Source: an uncultured delta proteobacterium (lineage in GTDB: Bacteria > Desulfobacterota > Desulfobacteria > Desulfobacterales > JAHEIW01). From it: 64,000 bases of DNA. The first letter of the stretch is position 1, and each line of letters opens with the position of its first letter. The DNA lies in assembly GCA_963706575.1 (NCBI GenBank), contig CAVPNL010000008.1, positions 64,001 to 128,000 of the forward strand, written 5' to 3'. Below are positions 1-13,023 of the stretch, in pieces. Position numbers and translations under genes: made by a program. The notes beneath the pieces were generated by a model. That model saw only the letters and a program-made list of their open reading frames with translations. It did not search any database and was not told where the DNA came from.

Positions 1-3000
1 TCTATAGCCAAGAACAATATTGCTTTCAATAATGGTGATGACTATGCCGGCACCTTTAACTCTGCCTCTGATTATAATCTGGGTGAAGATGCGGCGTTCA
101 GTGGAGACGACAATTATGTCCAGACGACCCAAACCGCAGCGCAGATGTTTGTTGACCCAACCGGTTCACCTCCTGATTTCCACGTCTTAGCCACTTCGGA
201 TGCGCGCGACGCCGGCATAGCCCTTTCTGCTGATGCTAATCTGGCCTTTACAGACGACATCGACGGCAACACCCGCTCAGGGACCTGGGAGATCGGAGCT
301 GATGAGTATATGTGTAGCCCAATCAGCTTTGATGCGGCTTCGGTCTCCTCAGGAGATGGCGAAGCGGCTTCCATTAGTTGGTCTCACACGGTTACTAGCA
401 GCGGATCCGATCGCATTCTTGTGGTTGGTGTGAGCTGGCGAAATGGTGGTGCTGGAACACAGACCGTAAGCAGCGTGACATACAATTCTCAGCCGCTGAC
501 CGAAATTCGGAAAGATGAGAAGTTTGACAGTGAATCCAGATCCAGCGCACTGTACTATCTCACCGACCCTCCCACGGGTAGTGCCTATACGATTCAAGTA
601 AACTTTAGTGGAGCCGTCTACCGATCCGTTGGAGGCGCGGTTTCTCTCACCGGCGTTGACCAATCCGATCCCGTGGATGCCGAAAACGGTGTTGCCGGTG
701 CGCTCCCCGACACTAACCCCAGTGTGACGGTCACCACCAATACGGATGGTGCCTGGGTTGTTGATGCCCTGTGTATTCGTGAACCAAGTGGAACGACAAG
801 TGTTAGTCGGTGGACAGACAGAGAGATGGAACCGTCGAACGTCAATGCCCAATGGCATAGATGGTACAGGGTCGACCATGGGACCCAAGTCGCCGGCTGG
901 TGACGTTACCATGAGCTGGACCACGGGGACCAATGAGGGTTACTCGATAAGTGCCGTAGCACTCAAACCGGTTTGCAGTTCTTCCAGCAATCAAACCCCC
1001 AGCGATCCGACGATCAACGATCACAATGACGGCAGCACGACCTCGGACAACACGCCTACCCTGGGTTTCACCCAGTCGGATCCCGACGACGCAGAGCAGG
1101 TCCAATACCGCATCCAGATCGATGATACGGACAACACATTCAGTAGCCTGGTGGTGGATTATACCTCGGCCCTGATGGCCGAGGGGGCCGCAAGTTTTAC
1201 GGTCGGCCAGGCTGAAGGATCGGGCACTTACACCGTGGGCAGCGCCAGCCAGACCCTGGCGGACGGCGACTATTTCTGGCGGGTGATGACCACTGATGAC
1301 GAGTCGGCTGCCAGCGGCTGGACCCAGGCGACTACGGGCAGCAGTGTCGCTTTTACGGTGGATACCTCCGGGTCCGTTGTCTCCTTTATTGGTAGCGGAG
1401 GTATTACGGGAACTTCCTTCTTTTTTGATATTGGTACTGCCGGTACAGATAGATTGGTTGTTATTATCGCAGATGATGAAAGCCAGAATATTGATTTAAC
1501 GGGAGTGAGCGTTGATGGGAAATCCTGCAACTACGTCGCTACGGCAAACAATACCCAGGATGCTACTGGAAACCACCAGGAAATGTGGTACTGCGATGAA
1601 GATGATCTCGGTGCTTCCAGTGGTTCGGTTAATGTAGCAATAACGGGGGGTGATGCGGGTTGGGCAATTCATGCGCATCTTTACACCGGCGTCAATCAGG
1701 GCGGGCCGACTGATTCACAGATAGATGAGACCTCGCTCACCCAAAACGAGATTCTGCCAGCTGCTGTTGATATCCCGGCAAATGGACTTCTCGTCTTTGG
1801 TGCAGCAAATGGACAATCAGGAAGCTACAACGATGCGGATTGGGATACCAATCCCACCGAGGGAAGTGACGACGGGCTGAGTCCTGAAATTGAATTGACA
1901 GAGGTCACTGATGGGCCCCATCCGTCTTCTGCCATATTGGCAACAGCGTATTGGATTTCAGATGTTGGTGCTCAAACAAATAGATTATTCCGAGCAAGAG
2001 GCGACGTCGCTAACAACCGCGGTACAGGTATCATCGCATCATGGGGCGAAGCAGCCGCAGGTAATCAAACGCCAGACAATCCGACGATCAACGACCACAA
2101 TGACGGCAGCACGACCTCGGATAACACGCCAACGTTGGGCTTTACTCAATCGGATCCCGACACCTCGGAGCAGGTCCAGTACCGGATTCAGATCGACGAT
2201 ACAGACAACACCTTCAGCAGTCTGGTGGTGGATTACACCTCGGATTTTATGGCAGAAGGGGCGGCCAGCTTCACCGTAGGTCAGGCGGCAGGATCGGGCA
2301 CATACACTGTGGGCAGTGCTGGGCAGATCCTGGCAGACGGCGGCTATTTCTGGCAGGTGATGACCACAGATGACGAATCGGCTGCCAGCGGCTGGACCCA
2401 GGCCACCACCGGCAGCAATATCGCCTTTACAGTGGATACTTCGCCAACTGCTCTATACCGCTCGGTGGGCATTACGGGCACCGCCCTTACAAACGGCAGC
2501 GGCAATGCACTCACCATTTCGGGTTCTACCGCGACATTCGGAAGTGCACTTGCGAACAACATCGGGGTAGGCGATGTCATTGAGTACGACTCGGACGGCA
2601 ACAGCTCCATCGATGCGCTGGCATTTATCCACGGCCGCACTGACTTTCAGACCTATACGGTCAAAGACAAAGACGGGAATACACCCACAGCAGTGACCGG
2701 AGACAACGATTGGGCCATTTATCGGGCTTACACCTCGCTGGCCAATTGGGAGTCTCAAACCGAAAATGCCAACATTACCGAGCCCACCGAAGATGACGTC
2801 AACCCCTCAAAAGATCTGATCACTGCCAATACGATAATGATGGTGGCCTGCTACGGGGATGGGGCTGATTCAAGTTCGACAGTGGCGATTTTAAGTACCG
2901 ACTGGACCACCGGTGCGGACAACTATATCAAGATCTATACACCGACTTCTTTGGCCGAGGTCGGCACCAGTCAACGTCATAATGGCGTTTACAGCACGTC

Positions 3001-6000
3001 TGCATACAGATTTGAACCAGCGCCGTCAGCTGATTATGAGCCCCAATTGGAAGTAAAAGTGGATTGCTGGATTGAGGGACTGCAGTTTTCGCGTCCCTCA
3101 GGCTATAAAGGCGTATCTGTATTATTGGATACCGACGGCGCTGCGGATACATTTAGCTTTAGCCACAACATTCTAAAGGCGGCGGATCAGCTGACCGATA
3201 CTGACGACTGGGGCGGCCTGCAAATATATGATTCGGGTACCAGTATTGTCAAAGTTTGGAATAACATCGTCTACGATTATAATATTCCTGCAACCGCCTA
3301 TTGGCAATTTGGTCTTAATAACACTTCCGCAGATGTTACCGGTTACTTTTACAACAATACGGCAATTAACTGTTATGTTGGCATCATTGGATACTTAGAT
3401 GGTATCGAAGTAATTAACAATATTGCTCAGGACGGCGTCTATGGCTATGGTAACTGGGAATCCGACCATGCTAACACGGGCTATAACATTTCAGACCTCT
3501 CCGATGCTCCGGGCAGCAACTCCCAGAATTCCATCACCCTGACCTTTGCCGATAAAGACGGTGACGACTTTCACTTGGACAGCACGGATACCACCGCCAT
3601 CGGTGACGGACTGGACCTTTCGTCGACCTTCAGCGACGACATCGATGGCGATTTGCGCAGCAGCTGGGACATCGGAGCGGACGAATATACAGCCGGCGGC
3701 GGCAATCAGACGCCCGATGATCCAACGATAAACGACCACAATGACGGCAGCACGACATCGGACAACACACCCACCCTGGGCTTTACCCAGTCGGATCCGG
3801 ATGCCTCCGAGCAGGTCAAATACCGCATTCAGATCGATGCGACCGACAACACCTTTTCCAACCTGGTGGTGGATTACACCTCGGATTTTATGGCCGAAGG
3901 GGCTACCAGCTTCACCGTGGGCCAGGCGGAAGGGTCTGGCACTTACACCGTGGGCAGCGAGAGCCAGACACTGACAGACGGCGACTACTTCTGGCGGGTG
4001 ATGACCACCGATGACGAGTCGGCTGCCAGCGGCTGGGCCCAGGCCACCTCCGGCGCCAGTGTCGCTTTTACAGTGGATACTGCTGCCGCCTGTTCCGGTG
4101 TGGTGTTCAATGCCCTATATGAAGGTACAACCCAGATTGCGGCGAGCGGATATATAGCAACGGTTGACATCAACGATGTGGATATGTCCAAATCCTTTCT
4201 GGTGTTCAGCGCCGCTGTTGACGACAATAATCCTCAGTGCACTCAGATTCGGGGTAATCTATACGATGCCGGTTCCGGCGACATTAAAATCGATTTCGAA
4301 CGCTACGAATCTACCTGCCCGATAGCCGATATCCGCTATTACGTGGCGGAATTTTCCAGCGGGGTGAGCGTGCAGCGCGGCACTAAGACCACTATGAGTT
4401 CAGACACCATAAATGTTCCCCTGAGCCCCACGGTGGATACCAGTAAAAGCTTTCCGCTGATCAGCGGCTTTGTAAGTAGCACGACACACAACGGTAATGA
4501 TTTTATCGAAGCTGAAATTACCGCCAACAATAATCTGCAGCTGAGGAAAAATACCGCTGACGGGACCGCCAAGGTTGACTGGCAAGTCATCGAGTATGCG
4601 TGCAGTACGGTTCAAAAAAATACCATCTCGAGCTGGGCAACCGGGTCGACAACCGACACACTCAGCCCCACGGTGGACCTGTCCAAATCATGGCTGATTT
4701 ACAGCTATAAAACCGATAATGGCGGTGATGCCACCATGTCGGAAAACATGGTGCGCGGGCGAATCACCGCTTCCAATGAGCTTACCTTTGACAGAGATGA
4801 TACCGGTTCCAACATCGATCTGACCTGGTATCTCGTTGAGTTTACCGATGCCACCACAGTTAAACACGGCACAGAAGATTTTGCGGCTGGTGACAGCCAG
4901 GAAAATGTCACCTTGTCACCGTCGGTTAACCTGGCGAGTACCATGGCGCTTGGTGGCATGTATATGCGGGGAGGAAAGAGCACGCATGACAGTGATGACA
5001 ACCCCGGCTACGGCTGGTTTACCTTTGATTTAACGGCCGACAACAACCTGCAGATTACCCGAAACGCAAATGCGGGTGCGGCTGCTGATGTGGGCTGGTT
5101 TGTGATCGAGTTTGATGCCCCTGCAACTGCCCCCTGGTATAATACCGACTGGCAGTACCGAAAACACCTCCGAATTGACTCATCCCGTGTTGCCGGTAAC
5201 CTTAGCAACTTTCCGGTGCTGATCAGCACAACCGATGCGGACTGGATAGAAGACAGCCAGGGTACTCCCGGTCATGTGGCTCAGACAGACGGCGGTGATA
5301 TCGTTTTCACAGCCTCGAACGGCACCACCAAACTGGATCACGAGATAGAGACTTACAATCCTGTCACCGGCGAGCTGGTTGCATGGGTAAAAGTGCCTTC
5401 GCTTTCAGCTTCGACGGACACCAACCTTTACATTTACTACGGCAACACCTCCCTGGCCGAGGCCTCAAACCAGTGGAATACTGCCGGGGTGTGGAGTAAC
5501 AATTTTAGAGAGGTGTTCCATTTAGATGAACCTTCCGGAACGCTAAACGATTCAAGTGCCAGCGGTTACACCGGTGCGGCCGGGGGCAGTGTGGCACAGG
5601 GCGTTTCCGGAAAAATATCAAAAGCGGTCGAATTCGATGGCTCGATAAACTCTCATGTGACTCTGTCTGACGGGAGCATGGCGGCTGACCAGACCTGGAC
5701 CTTCTCTGCCTGGGTCAGGGCAGACACAATCGCGGGCGAATGGGATGCGATTGTCCACAAGGGCAGGGATTCGAATGATGACTGGCAGGGTTTGTGGATA
5801 AATGGCAGCAATCGTCTGTCCCTCGGCTGGGAGGCGGATGGCGGCGGCGGTAACGTTGACGGCAGTGTGCTTTCGGCGGGCAACTGGTACTATGTTGCCG
5901 GGACCTATGATGGCACCAATCGAAGGCTTTATCTGAATGGTGGATTAGACGGCGGCCCGGATCCATCAGGACCTCACGACACGAGCATCGACGAAGGAAC

Positions 6001-9000
6001 CCAAATTGGCGAGGATTATCCCAATGGCAGCGCATTGGATGGCATCGTTGATGAAGTTCGCATTTCTACGATTGCGCGGCCTGCAGAGTGGCTCGCCACC
6101 GAGTACAACAATCAGCGGGCGCCTGCGGCCTTTTACACCGTGGGGATCGAGGAAACCGATGGCACCGACGCCGACCCCTTAAACAACGGCTGGCAATACA
6201 GCAAGAAAATTACCATTCTGGCCTCGGAAGTGGCAGCTGACCTGACAAACTTCCCGGTGCTCATCAGGACCACCCACGCCGACTGGAAGGAGACCTCAAA
6301 CGGCGGCAACGTGGCCCAATCCGACGGCGGGGATATCCTTTTTATGGCAGGTAACCGGATCACCAAGCTCGATCACGAAATCGAGATTTACGATGAGATC
6401 ACCGGTGAACTGGTGGCCTGGGTGGAGGTTCTCTCACTTTCAACCTCTCAGGACACCGACATCTACATCTTCTACGGCAATGCAAATGCGGTTGACCAGT
6501 GGAACCCCACCGGCGCAGGCGTCTGGGAGCCGAATTACGCCGGTGTCTGGCATATGAAGGAAACGCCGACGGTTGATTCCTATTCCTATGATTCAACAGC
6601 AGAAGATAATGATGCAACTTTTATGACGATGGCCAGCGATGACCAGGTGCCCGGAAAGATTGACGGCAGCCTTGATTTTGACGGAGGAAGTGACTATCTC
6701 GATCTCCCGGATGCCAAGCTGCAGGCCATTGATTCCGCCATTACGGTTTCGTGTTGGGTTGAACCGGATGTAGATAATAGTGAAATGGCGATTTATAGTG
6801 CGGGGCTGAACAGCGGCAATAATCAAGGTGTATATATTCAAATGAACTCCGACGGTACCCTCGGTTTTGAAACGGGTAACGGAACTACTTGGAATTTCCT
6901 AGACTCCTCAACAACCATTTCTACCAGTGGGACGCATATTGCCGCAACCTGGAATGGCACGACAAAGAAAATCTACATTGATGGATCAAAGGAACTTACC
7001 GAGTCTGGCTTTACAGGGCCAATCGATTACAAAGGAAGCGATACATTCATTGGATTGGGATGGCTACCGTCGGAGAGACCTTTCGACGGTGTTATCGATG
7101 AATGCCGTGTTTCCAAGGTCGCCCGCTCCGCCGCCTGGATCGAGACCGAGCACAACAACCAAAAAACGGACTCTACCTTTTATGTGATCGATGATGATTG
7201 GGTGGGTCCATGCTGGGACGGCAATTATGCTTACCGGAAAAAATTGACGATTACGGCCGGCAGTGACGATATCCCCGCTGGCTACTCGGTATCGGTGACT
7301 CTGGATCACGCTGCGCTAGTTTCTGCCGGCAAGTCTCTGGCGAGCGGAGATGACCTGCGGGTGGTGCACTGGGATGGGTCGAATTGGACTGAGCTTGACC
7401 GTGTTCTTGAGCCGCTTTCCGCCTGGGACGACGCATCGACTCAGATCTGGTTTGCCCTGGTCGACCCAATCTCTGCCTCCAGCGCGGACAGCACTTACTA
7501 TCTGCACTACGGTTATCCCTCGGCCAGCAACCCGCCGGATGACTGGGCCAATGTCTTTATGGTGGGAGACGATTTCAATGACGGCACTCTGACGAGCGGA
7601 ATGACAACTTCGACTGCCGGCACCGCGAGCATAACCGAGACCGGAGGGGAGGCCTTTATCGACCTGGGTACCGATGAGAACAATGACGCAGGTATCATCG
7701 TAACAGCGGACCCCCTGCCGAGCGATAAAAAATTTGCCATCCGGCACAAGACCAAGCTTGTGAGCGGTGGTGGGGTAGCGTTCGCCCCCGCTGAGGCCAA
7801 AGCCCTCGGTATTCTCCAGTGGGATGAGCCCGGGCCAACGGTGGCAGATAGCTCCATCGAGGGCACCAGGCGCCGGATTGTAGCCTTGCATTTCGTTGAT
7901 GATCAAGCGTGGATTCAGTACAACCCTGACGCACATGGCGGATCACAGCAGGCCGCCTGGAACGGAACGAACTGGGTCGAAGGCTGGTGGAATAAGTGGG
8001 GGGATCTTTCCCTGGATACGTACTACATATACGACCTGATCAGCAACGGAACAAACTGGTACGTGCGAGTGAGTAACGCCAGCGGCACGGTGCTCACCGA
8101 AACAGACCCCGTTGCCTGGTCGGTTATAGAGGACTATGACCCGGGTGATCCCTTATGGTTCTACTGGGGCGAGGTATACACGAACGCCTACTATGCCGAT
8201 CAGAAGAGCGACTGGGTTTATGTGCGCCAATACGTCGATTCTGAGCCGACAAGCTCAGCTGGGCGGTGAGGAAAATGGCTGCGACGGAGAAGCCACCGCC
8301 GTCAGCCTGATTTCCTTTACGGCCAAAGGCGCGGGCGCTGCGGTTCAGGTCAACTGGCAAACCGCCCAGGAGGTGTCCAATGTGGGCTTTAACCTGTACC
8401 GGGCAGACAGCCGCACAGGGCCGTTTGAAAAGATCAACGCCAGTTTGATTCCGGCGCTGAGCTTCTCTGCTTCGGGCCGATCCTATGGCTTTACCGACAC
8501 AAACGTGGTGTTGGGCAACCTGTACTATTACAAACTTGAAGACATCGATGTATACGGCACACGCACCTTCCATGGGCCCATCTGTGTGGACTGGGATGGC
8601 GACGGGCTTCCCGATGACTGGGAGATCAGATACGGGCTAAATCCTTGGGCAAATGATGCCAACATCGACTCAGACGGTGATGGGCTGACCAACCTGCAAG
8701 AATATGAGCTGGGCACAGATCCGTTTAACCCCGATACCGATGGAGACGGGATTCCAGATGGCCAGGAAGCCAGGAAGCGAGAAAGCCAGGAAGCTGAAGG
8801 CACGCATCAGCTTAGCCGCGGGGTGGAGGTGATCGCAGAAGATGAAAATGGGATTACCTTAGCGCTTTACACCGGCTCATTTTTTACCGAGAGCGTTTAT
8901 GCCGACGGTATGGAATACGAACGGCTAAAGATTGACGATTACGTGCACGGTTTTAGCACAGATATGGGCAAACCCGAGCTGCCCCTTAAAGGCATCCTGG

Positions 9001-12000
9001 TTAATATCCCAGAAGGGCAGATCGGTGAGCTGTCCATATTACAGACCGTCGTTGAGACCCATAGCGGTTATCAGATCTTTCCGGTACCGGCAAACAGCGT
9101 TGATGATCAGGGTGTGGCAGCGGCAGTGGCAGAGAGCTTTGTAAAAGACGAAGCCGCCTATCAACAAGATGCCTTTTACCCGCAAGCAGTCGCGCAGTTA
9201 GGTGATCTGTTTGCCTTCCGTGATCAAAACAAACAGCAGCTGCTGTTTTACCCGTTTGCCTTTAACGCGGTAACCGGCGAACTTAACCATTACAAACGCA
9301 TTCAGGTGCGTATTGACTATGTCAATGATCTGTATGCCAAAGTTGAAGATCACAGCGTTAGCCCCTGGTCGGTGCCGGTCTCAGCGCCAGCGGATCTGTC
9401 AGAAACACTGGCCTCGATGGGCACGATGGCCATGGCCTTTGGTGCCTCACCGCTGATTATAAACCCGCTTTCACCGGCGCTAACCTCTATGGGTGTGATC
9501 ATGGGCGCTGTGTGGTCGCCGCCTGCTGACGGGGTCAGCACAGCCTACAAGATCATGATCTTAGAAGAGGGCATCTACCGGCTTGATGCCGATTTTTTTA
9601 CCGAACACGGCATCGATATCGGCAGCATCGATCTTGGCAGCGTGCGGCTCTATTACCTCGGAGAAGAGCAGGCCATTTTTGTCAACGATCAGGATAGCCC
9701 CGGTGTTTTTGATGCCAACGACTTTATCGAATTTTACGGCCAGCCGGCAGCTGATCAATATGCCAAATACAGTGCCCAAAACATCTACTGGATGGTGACC
9801 GCAGGCGGTGTCGGAGCCCCCAAACGCATGGTTGCCGTAGACGGCAATCCCGCAGCCGGGCCGGTGGCCACAACGCACAGCGCTTCTGTGCACTTAGAAG
9901 ACGATGAATACTATGTGGGGCTTGCGCCGGGGACAAACGATCGAGACCGCTGGTATTTTGATGACTTTGTGCTGGGAACTGATTTTACCGGCGGGCCTAA
10001 TCCGGTGCAGGTGCCCTTTGACCTCACCTTGCCGGGAGTTATCGGCCAGGGGAATCTTACCATCTCATTGTGGGGCTATTATGACACCGGCCATCAGGTG
10101 GAAGTATGGGTTAATGACATTTCCCAGGGCACTTTTAGCTGGAGCGGTGTTGCCTTTTATGAGGTGAGCCTGAGCGGGCTTACTTTAACCGAAAACACCA
10201 CCGTTAAGCTTGCCTGCCACACCGCTATGGACGGGTTGATTGTCGACTACCTTGAGGCCAGTTATCCGCAAAGCTTTGCCGCGGTCAATGACACACTCAA
10301 GTTTAGCCACGACAGCGGTTATCGCTATATCATTGATGATTTTAGCACCGATGCAGTTACGCGTTTTTGACATCACCGACACAGACGCAGTGGCCCAGGT
10401 GACGAACTTACAAATTAGCGGTGCAGGTCCCTTTAGCCTTGAGTTTGAACCGCCGCCAAGCGGTCTAATCGACACCTTTGTTGTCATCGGCACCGATGAT
10501 TATAAGATTCCAGACGGTATTGTCGAAGACACAGCCTCTGATCTGGCCGACACGGCCAATCAGGCCGATTACATCTTAATTACCTACCAAGACATCGGCT
10601 GGGACGGTGGTGGCAGCGCCTATGGCTGGTTAACGGATTTGGTTACCCTGCGGGAAGATGGTGATCTCAGTGTTAAAGTGGTTAATGTCAACGACATCTA
10701 TGATGAGTTCAGCTACGGGATAACCACCCCGGTGGCGATCCGTGACTTTTTGTCCTATGCTTACGACAACTGGCGCACGCCGGCCCCGCAGTATGTGCTG
10801 TTGGTGGGCGACAGCACCTATGATTTTAAGGACAACTACAACCGGGGCACCGTAAACCATGTGCCCGCTTATACGGTGTTTACCGATTATATGGGAGAGA
10901 CGGTCACAGACGAATACTTTGTGACCATCAGCGGCGATGATGCGCTGGCTCGATATGTACATCGGGCGGCTTCCGGCCCAAAACGCAGCCGAAGCCACGG
11001 CGATGGCTAATAAGATAATTGCCTATGAAACCGGGCTAAACAACGGCAGTTGGGAGAAAAACGTAGTATTGGTCGCCGATGATCAAACCGAGGCCTATGA
11101 GGCGGTCTTTGAGACCATCAATGAGGATGCCGCAGCGCTTCTGGCCTGCTAAGATGGTGGCGCTTAAAGGGCTATTTAGACGATTATCTGCTGTCTGGTG
11201 ATTTAAGCACTGACATCACCAACTGGATCAATGACGGGGCGTTGATTGTCAATTACAGCGGCCATGCCTCCTTGCAGCAGTGGGCCGCCGAGGCGGTTTT
11301 TGTAAATGCCGATGTAAACACCCTGACCAACACAGGCAAATATCCGTTTTTTATCTCCATGAGCTGTTTGACCGGCTACTTCGGGTACCTGGATGCAGCC
11401 CTGGGCCCGCAGCCCTCATTGGCCGAACAATTGTTGCAGGCCTGCCGACAAAGGGGCAGTGGCTGCGCTGATGCCCACGGGCATGACCACCACAGCGGGG
11501 CAGCACATATTAAACAACGCGGTCTTTGAGGCCTTTTTTGTAAACGATATCAGACAGTTGGGACCAGCGATCGCCGCTGCCAAACAAACCCTTTTAGCCA
11601 ACGGTGATGCCTATTTTGAGCAGATATCACAGACGTTTTTGCTCTTTGGTGATCCGGCACAAACATTGAAGATCCCGCTTCCCAGAATGCCAAGCGGGGT
11701 TGCGGCCTATTGGGAAGGTAACAATGTGCGCATCAGCTGGAATGCAGCCTTAGATAGCAACGGCAACGCGGTTGCGGGCTACAATATCTATCGCGCATCT
11801 GCCCCGGCTGGTCCTTACAGCAGGGTCAACACCGAGCTTGTCACCGGCACTGAGTTTGTCGACACAGACGGTGCTGTGGGCATCGATTCTGGCGGTGGCG
11901 GCAGCTCCGGCAGCTATTATGGGGTTACAGCGGTTGACAGCTTCGGTGATGAAAGTGCGCAGTCTTTAGGCATTAGCCCGGCTTCGGTTGCATCAGCGGC

Positions 12001-12142
12001 CGAGGCACCGGTGGCAGCCTGTTTTGTGGGTACGGTGACCGGGTCAATACCGGCGGGGCTGTTCTGGATTTTGGCAATCTTTACCAGCGCTGTGATTGTC
12101 GCCCATTGGCGCTCCCGCTATATGCGGGATTTCACTTCTTGA
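1..12142 (+). CDS. Giant modular surface protein 1 (5' end outside window; several frameshifts): Ig/FN3-like repeats, beta-helix-like region, DUF2341 + LamG domains, C25 peptidase, Cys-TM C-terminal tail
   Basis: ORFs 145..903, 746..8269, 8136..10370, 10240..11010, 10937..11152, 11242..11529 and 11393..12142 join end to end by single-base shifts. DUF2341 motifs (LSNFPVLI...HEIE...GELVAWV...YYGN), LamG motifs ([10 protein letters not shown]), C25 motifs ([31 protein letters not shown]). Confidence 0.85.
989..1366 (+). repeat. Intragenic 378-bp (126-aa) Ig/FN3-like repeat, copy 1 of 3
   Basis: [33 protein letters not shown]...AFTVDT recurs at 2063..2440 and 3704..4081. Confidence 0.95.
2063..2440 (+). 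repeat. Intragenic 378-bp repeat, copy 2 of 3
   Basis: Near-identical translation to 989..1366. Confidence 0.95.
3704..4081 (+). repeat. Intragenic 378-bp repeat, copy 3 of 3
   Basis: Near-identical translation to 989..1366. Confidence 0.95.
8295..12110 (+). repeat. 3.8-kb constant block, copy 1 (PTAV/FN3, Ca-binding repeats, C25 propeptide + peptidase, FN3, C-terminal tail)
   Basis: Colinear and highly similar in DNA and protein to 29576..33402. Confidence 0.95.
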
Positions 12143-12198
12143 TTAGATATATTAAGGTGTTCAAACGGCACACGGCGCACGGTAAAGCGGAATGAATG

Positions 12199-12291
12199 AA
12201 TCGTGGCTGGAAGCCACTCCCACGATCTTTAAGTAATGCAATATTCCTCTAATCTATTTCCATAAAATGTGGGAGCGGCATCTTGCCGCGA
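12199..12291. repeat. REP doublet (GTGG family), copy 1
   Basis: AATCGTGGCTGGAAGCCACTCCCAC - 45 bp - GTGGGAGCGGCATCTTGCCGCGA; inverted copies at 38356 and 60190. Confidence 0.85.
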
Positions 12292-12392
12292 AAAAAATAA
12301 GGTGGCCCTTCGTAGCCGCCAATCGATGGCCGGCGCCCATCTTCGCCCTATCGGGCTACGCAAGGGCACGTGGTGGTAGACTCTACGCTCCC

Positions 12393-12698
12393 TCAATTAG
12401 TTCCAATTTTTTTCTTTATGGCTTTGAGCTCGTCAGGATTAAAAGCAAAGTTCTTGCCTATCCGTGTGTAATCCAATTTGCCGGCTTTTACCCATCTTCT
12501 TATGGTAATTTCTGCAACCTCTAGATATTCAGCGGCTTCTTTAAGCGAGAATGGTGACTTTCTAATGTCGTCGAATACTTCACCGTGGGTATAGAGATTT
12601 TTTTCAAATCCTTGTCGTGCAATGGTAGCAAATAATTTTTCCCTTTCAGGTACGGGCATTTTTAAAATATCTTTATAAACTTTTTCTGCCGTGATCAT
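12393..12698 (-). CDS. Helix-turn-helix (excisionase-like) protein, probable antitoxin
   Basis: FSLKEAAEYLEVAEITIRRWVKAGKL motif; directly downstream of a RelE/ParE-like gene; RBS before ATG 12698. Confidence 0.8.
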   Translation of the reverse strand: MITAEKVYKDILKMPVPEREKLFATIARQGFEKNLYTHGEVFDDIRKSPFSLKEAAEYLEVAEITIRRWVKAGKLDYTRIGKNFAFNPDELKAIKKKIGTN

Positions 12699-12700
12699 AG

Positions 12701-12985
12701 TCAATCACCTTCCTTTACGTATTTTTTAAGTTTGCGGTAAAAATTTTCATGAGATCCAACCATATAAAACAACATTTCATTTGGAGAAACCTTATAAGCA
12801 ATCAATAGCCTCTGTTTTTTGAATGAAAATTTGTGGACCCGAAATCCCAGTAAATCCCCCTTTTTTGATTCTCCTATCGATGGATTTTCGAGGATCTTTT
12901 CAATTTCATCTTCACTCGAAAGCTGCAACGGTCTTGTCTGTTTTTTAACAAATTTTCTAAACGGGGATTTGTAAAAAGTTTCCAT
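12701..12985 (-). CDS. Type II toxin, RelE/ParE superfamily
   Basis: Basic protein of about 94 aa with NPSIGESKKGDLLGFRVHKF...LIAY...GSHENFY motif. Confidence 0.88.
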   Translation of the reverse strand: METFYKSPFRKFVKKQTRPLQLSSEDEIEKILENPSIGESKKGDLLGFRVHKFSFKKQRLLIAYKVSPNEMLFYMVGSHENFYRKLKKYVKEGD

Positions 12986-12994
12986 GATCAAATT

Positions 12995-13023
12995 AATGAT
13001 AACTTATTTTATCATTTTGTCAA
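12995..13023 (-). promoter_or_regulatory. Sigma-70 promoter of the TA operon with overlapping operator palindrome
   Basis: Minus strand TTGACA-N16-TATCAT; perfect inverted repeat AATGATAA-N6-TTATCATT at 12995..13016. Confidence 0.65.

Noticed and set aside
989..4081. Repeats as a CRISPR array or DGR template/variable pair
   Set aside because: They are long in-frame coding repeats with mostly synonymous differences, no adenine-specific pattern that I could see, and no cas or reverse transcriptase gene in the window.
12267..12524. 85-aa ORF starting MWERHLAA
   Set aside because: Translation of a REP sequence, antisense to the HTH gene.
12393..12698. Excisionase of a prophage or ICE
   Set aside because: No integrase or phage genes; position after a RelE/ParE toxin fits an antitoxin.
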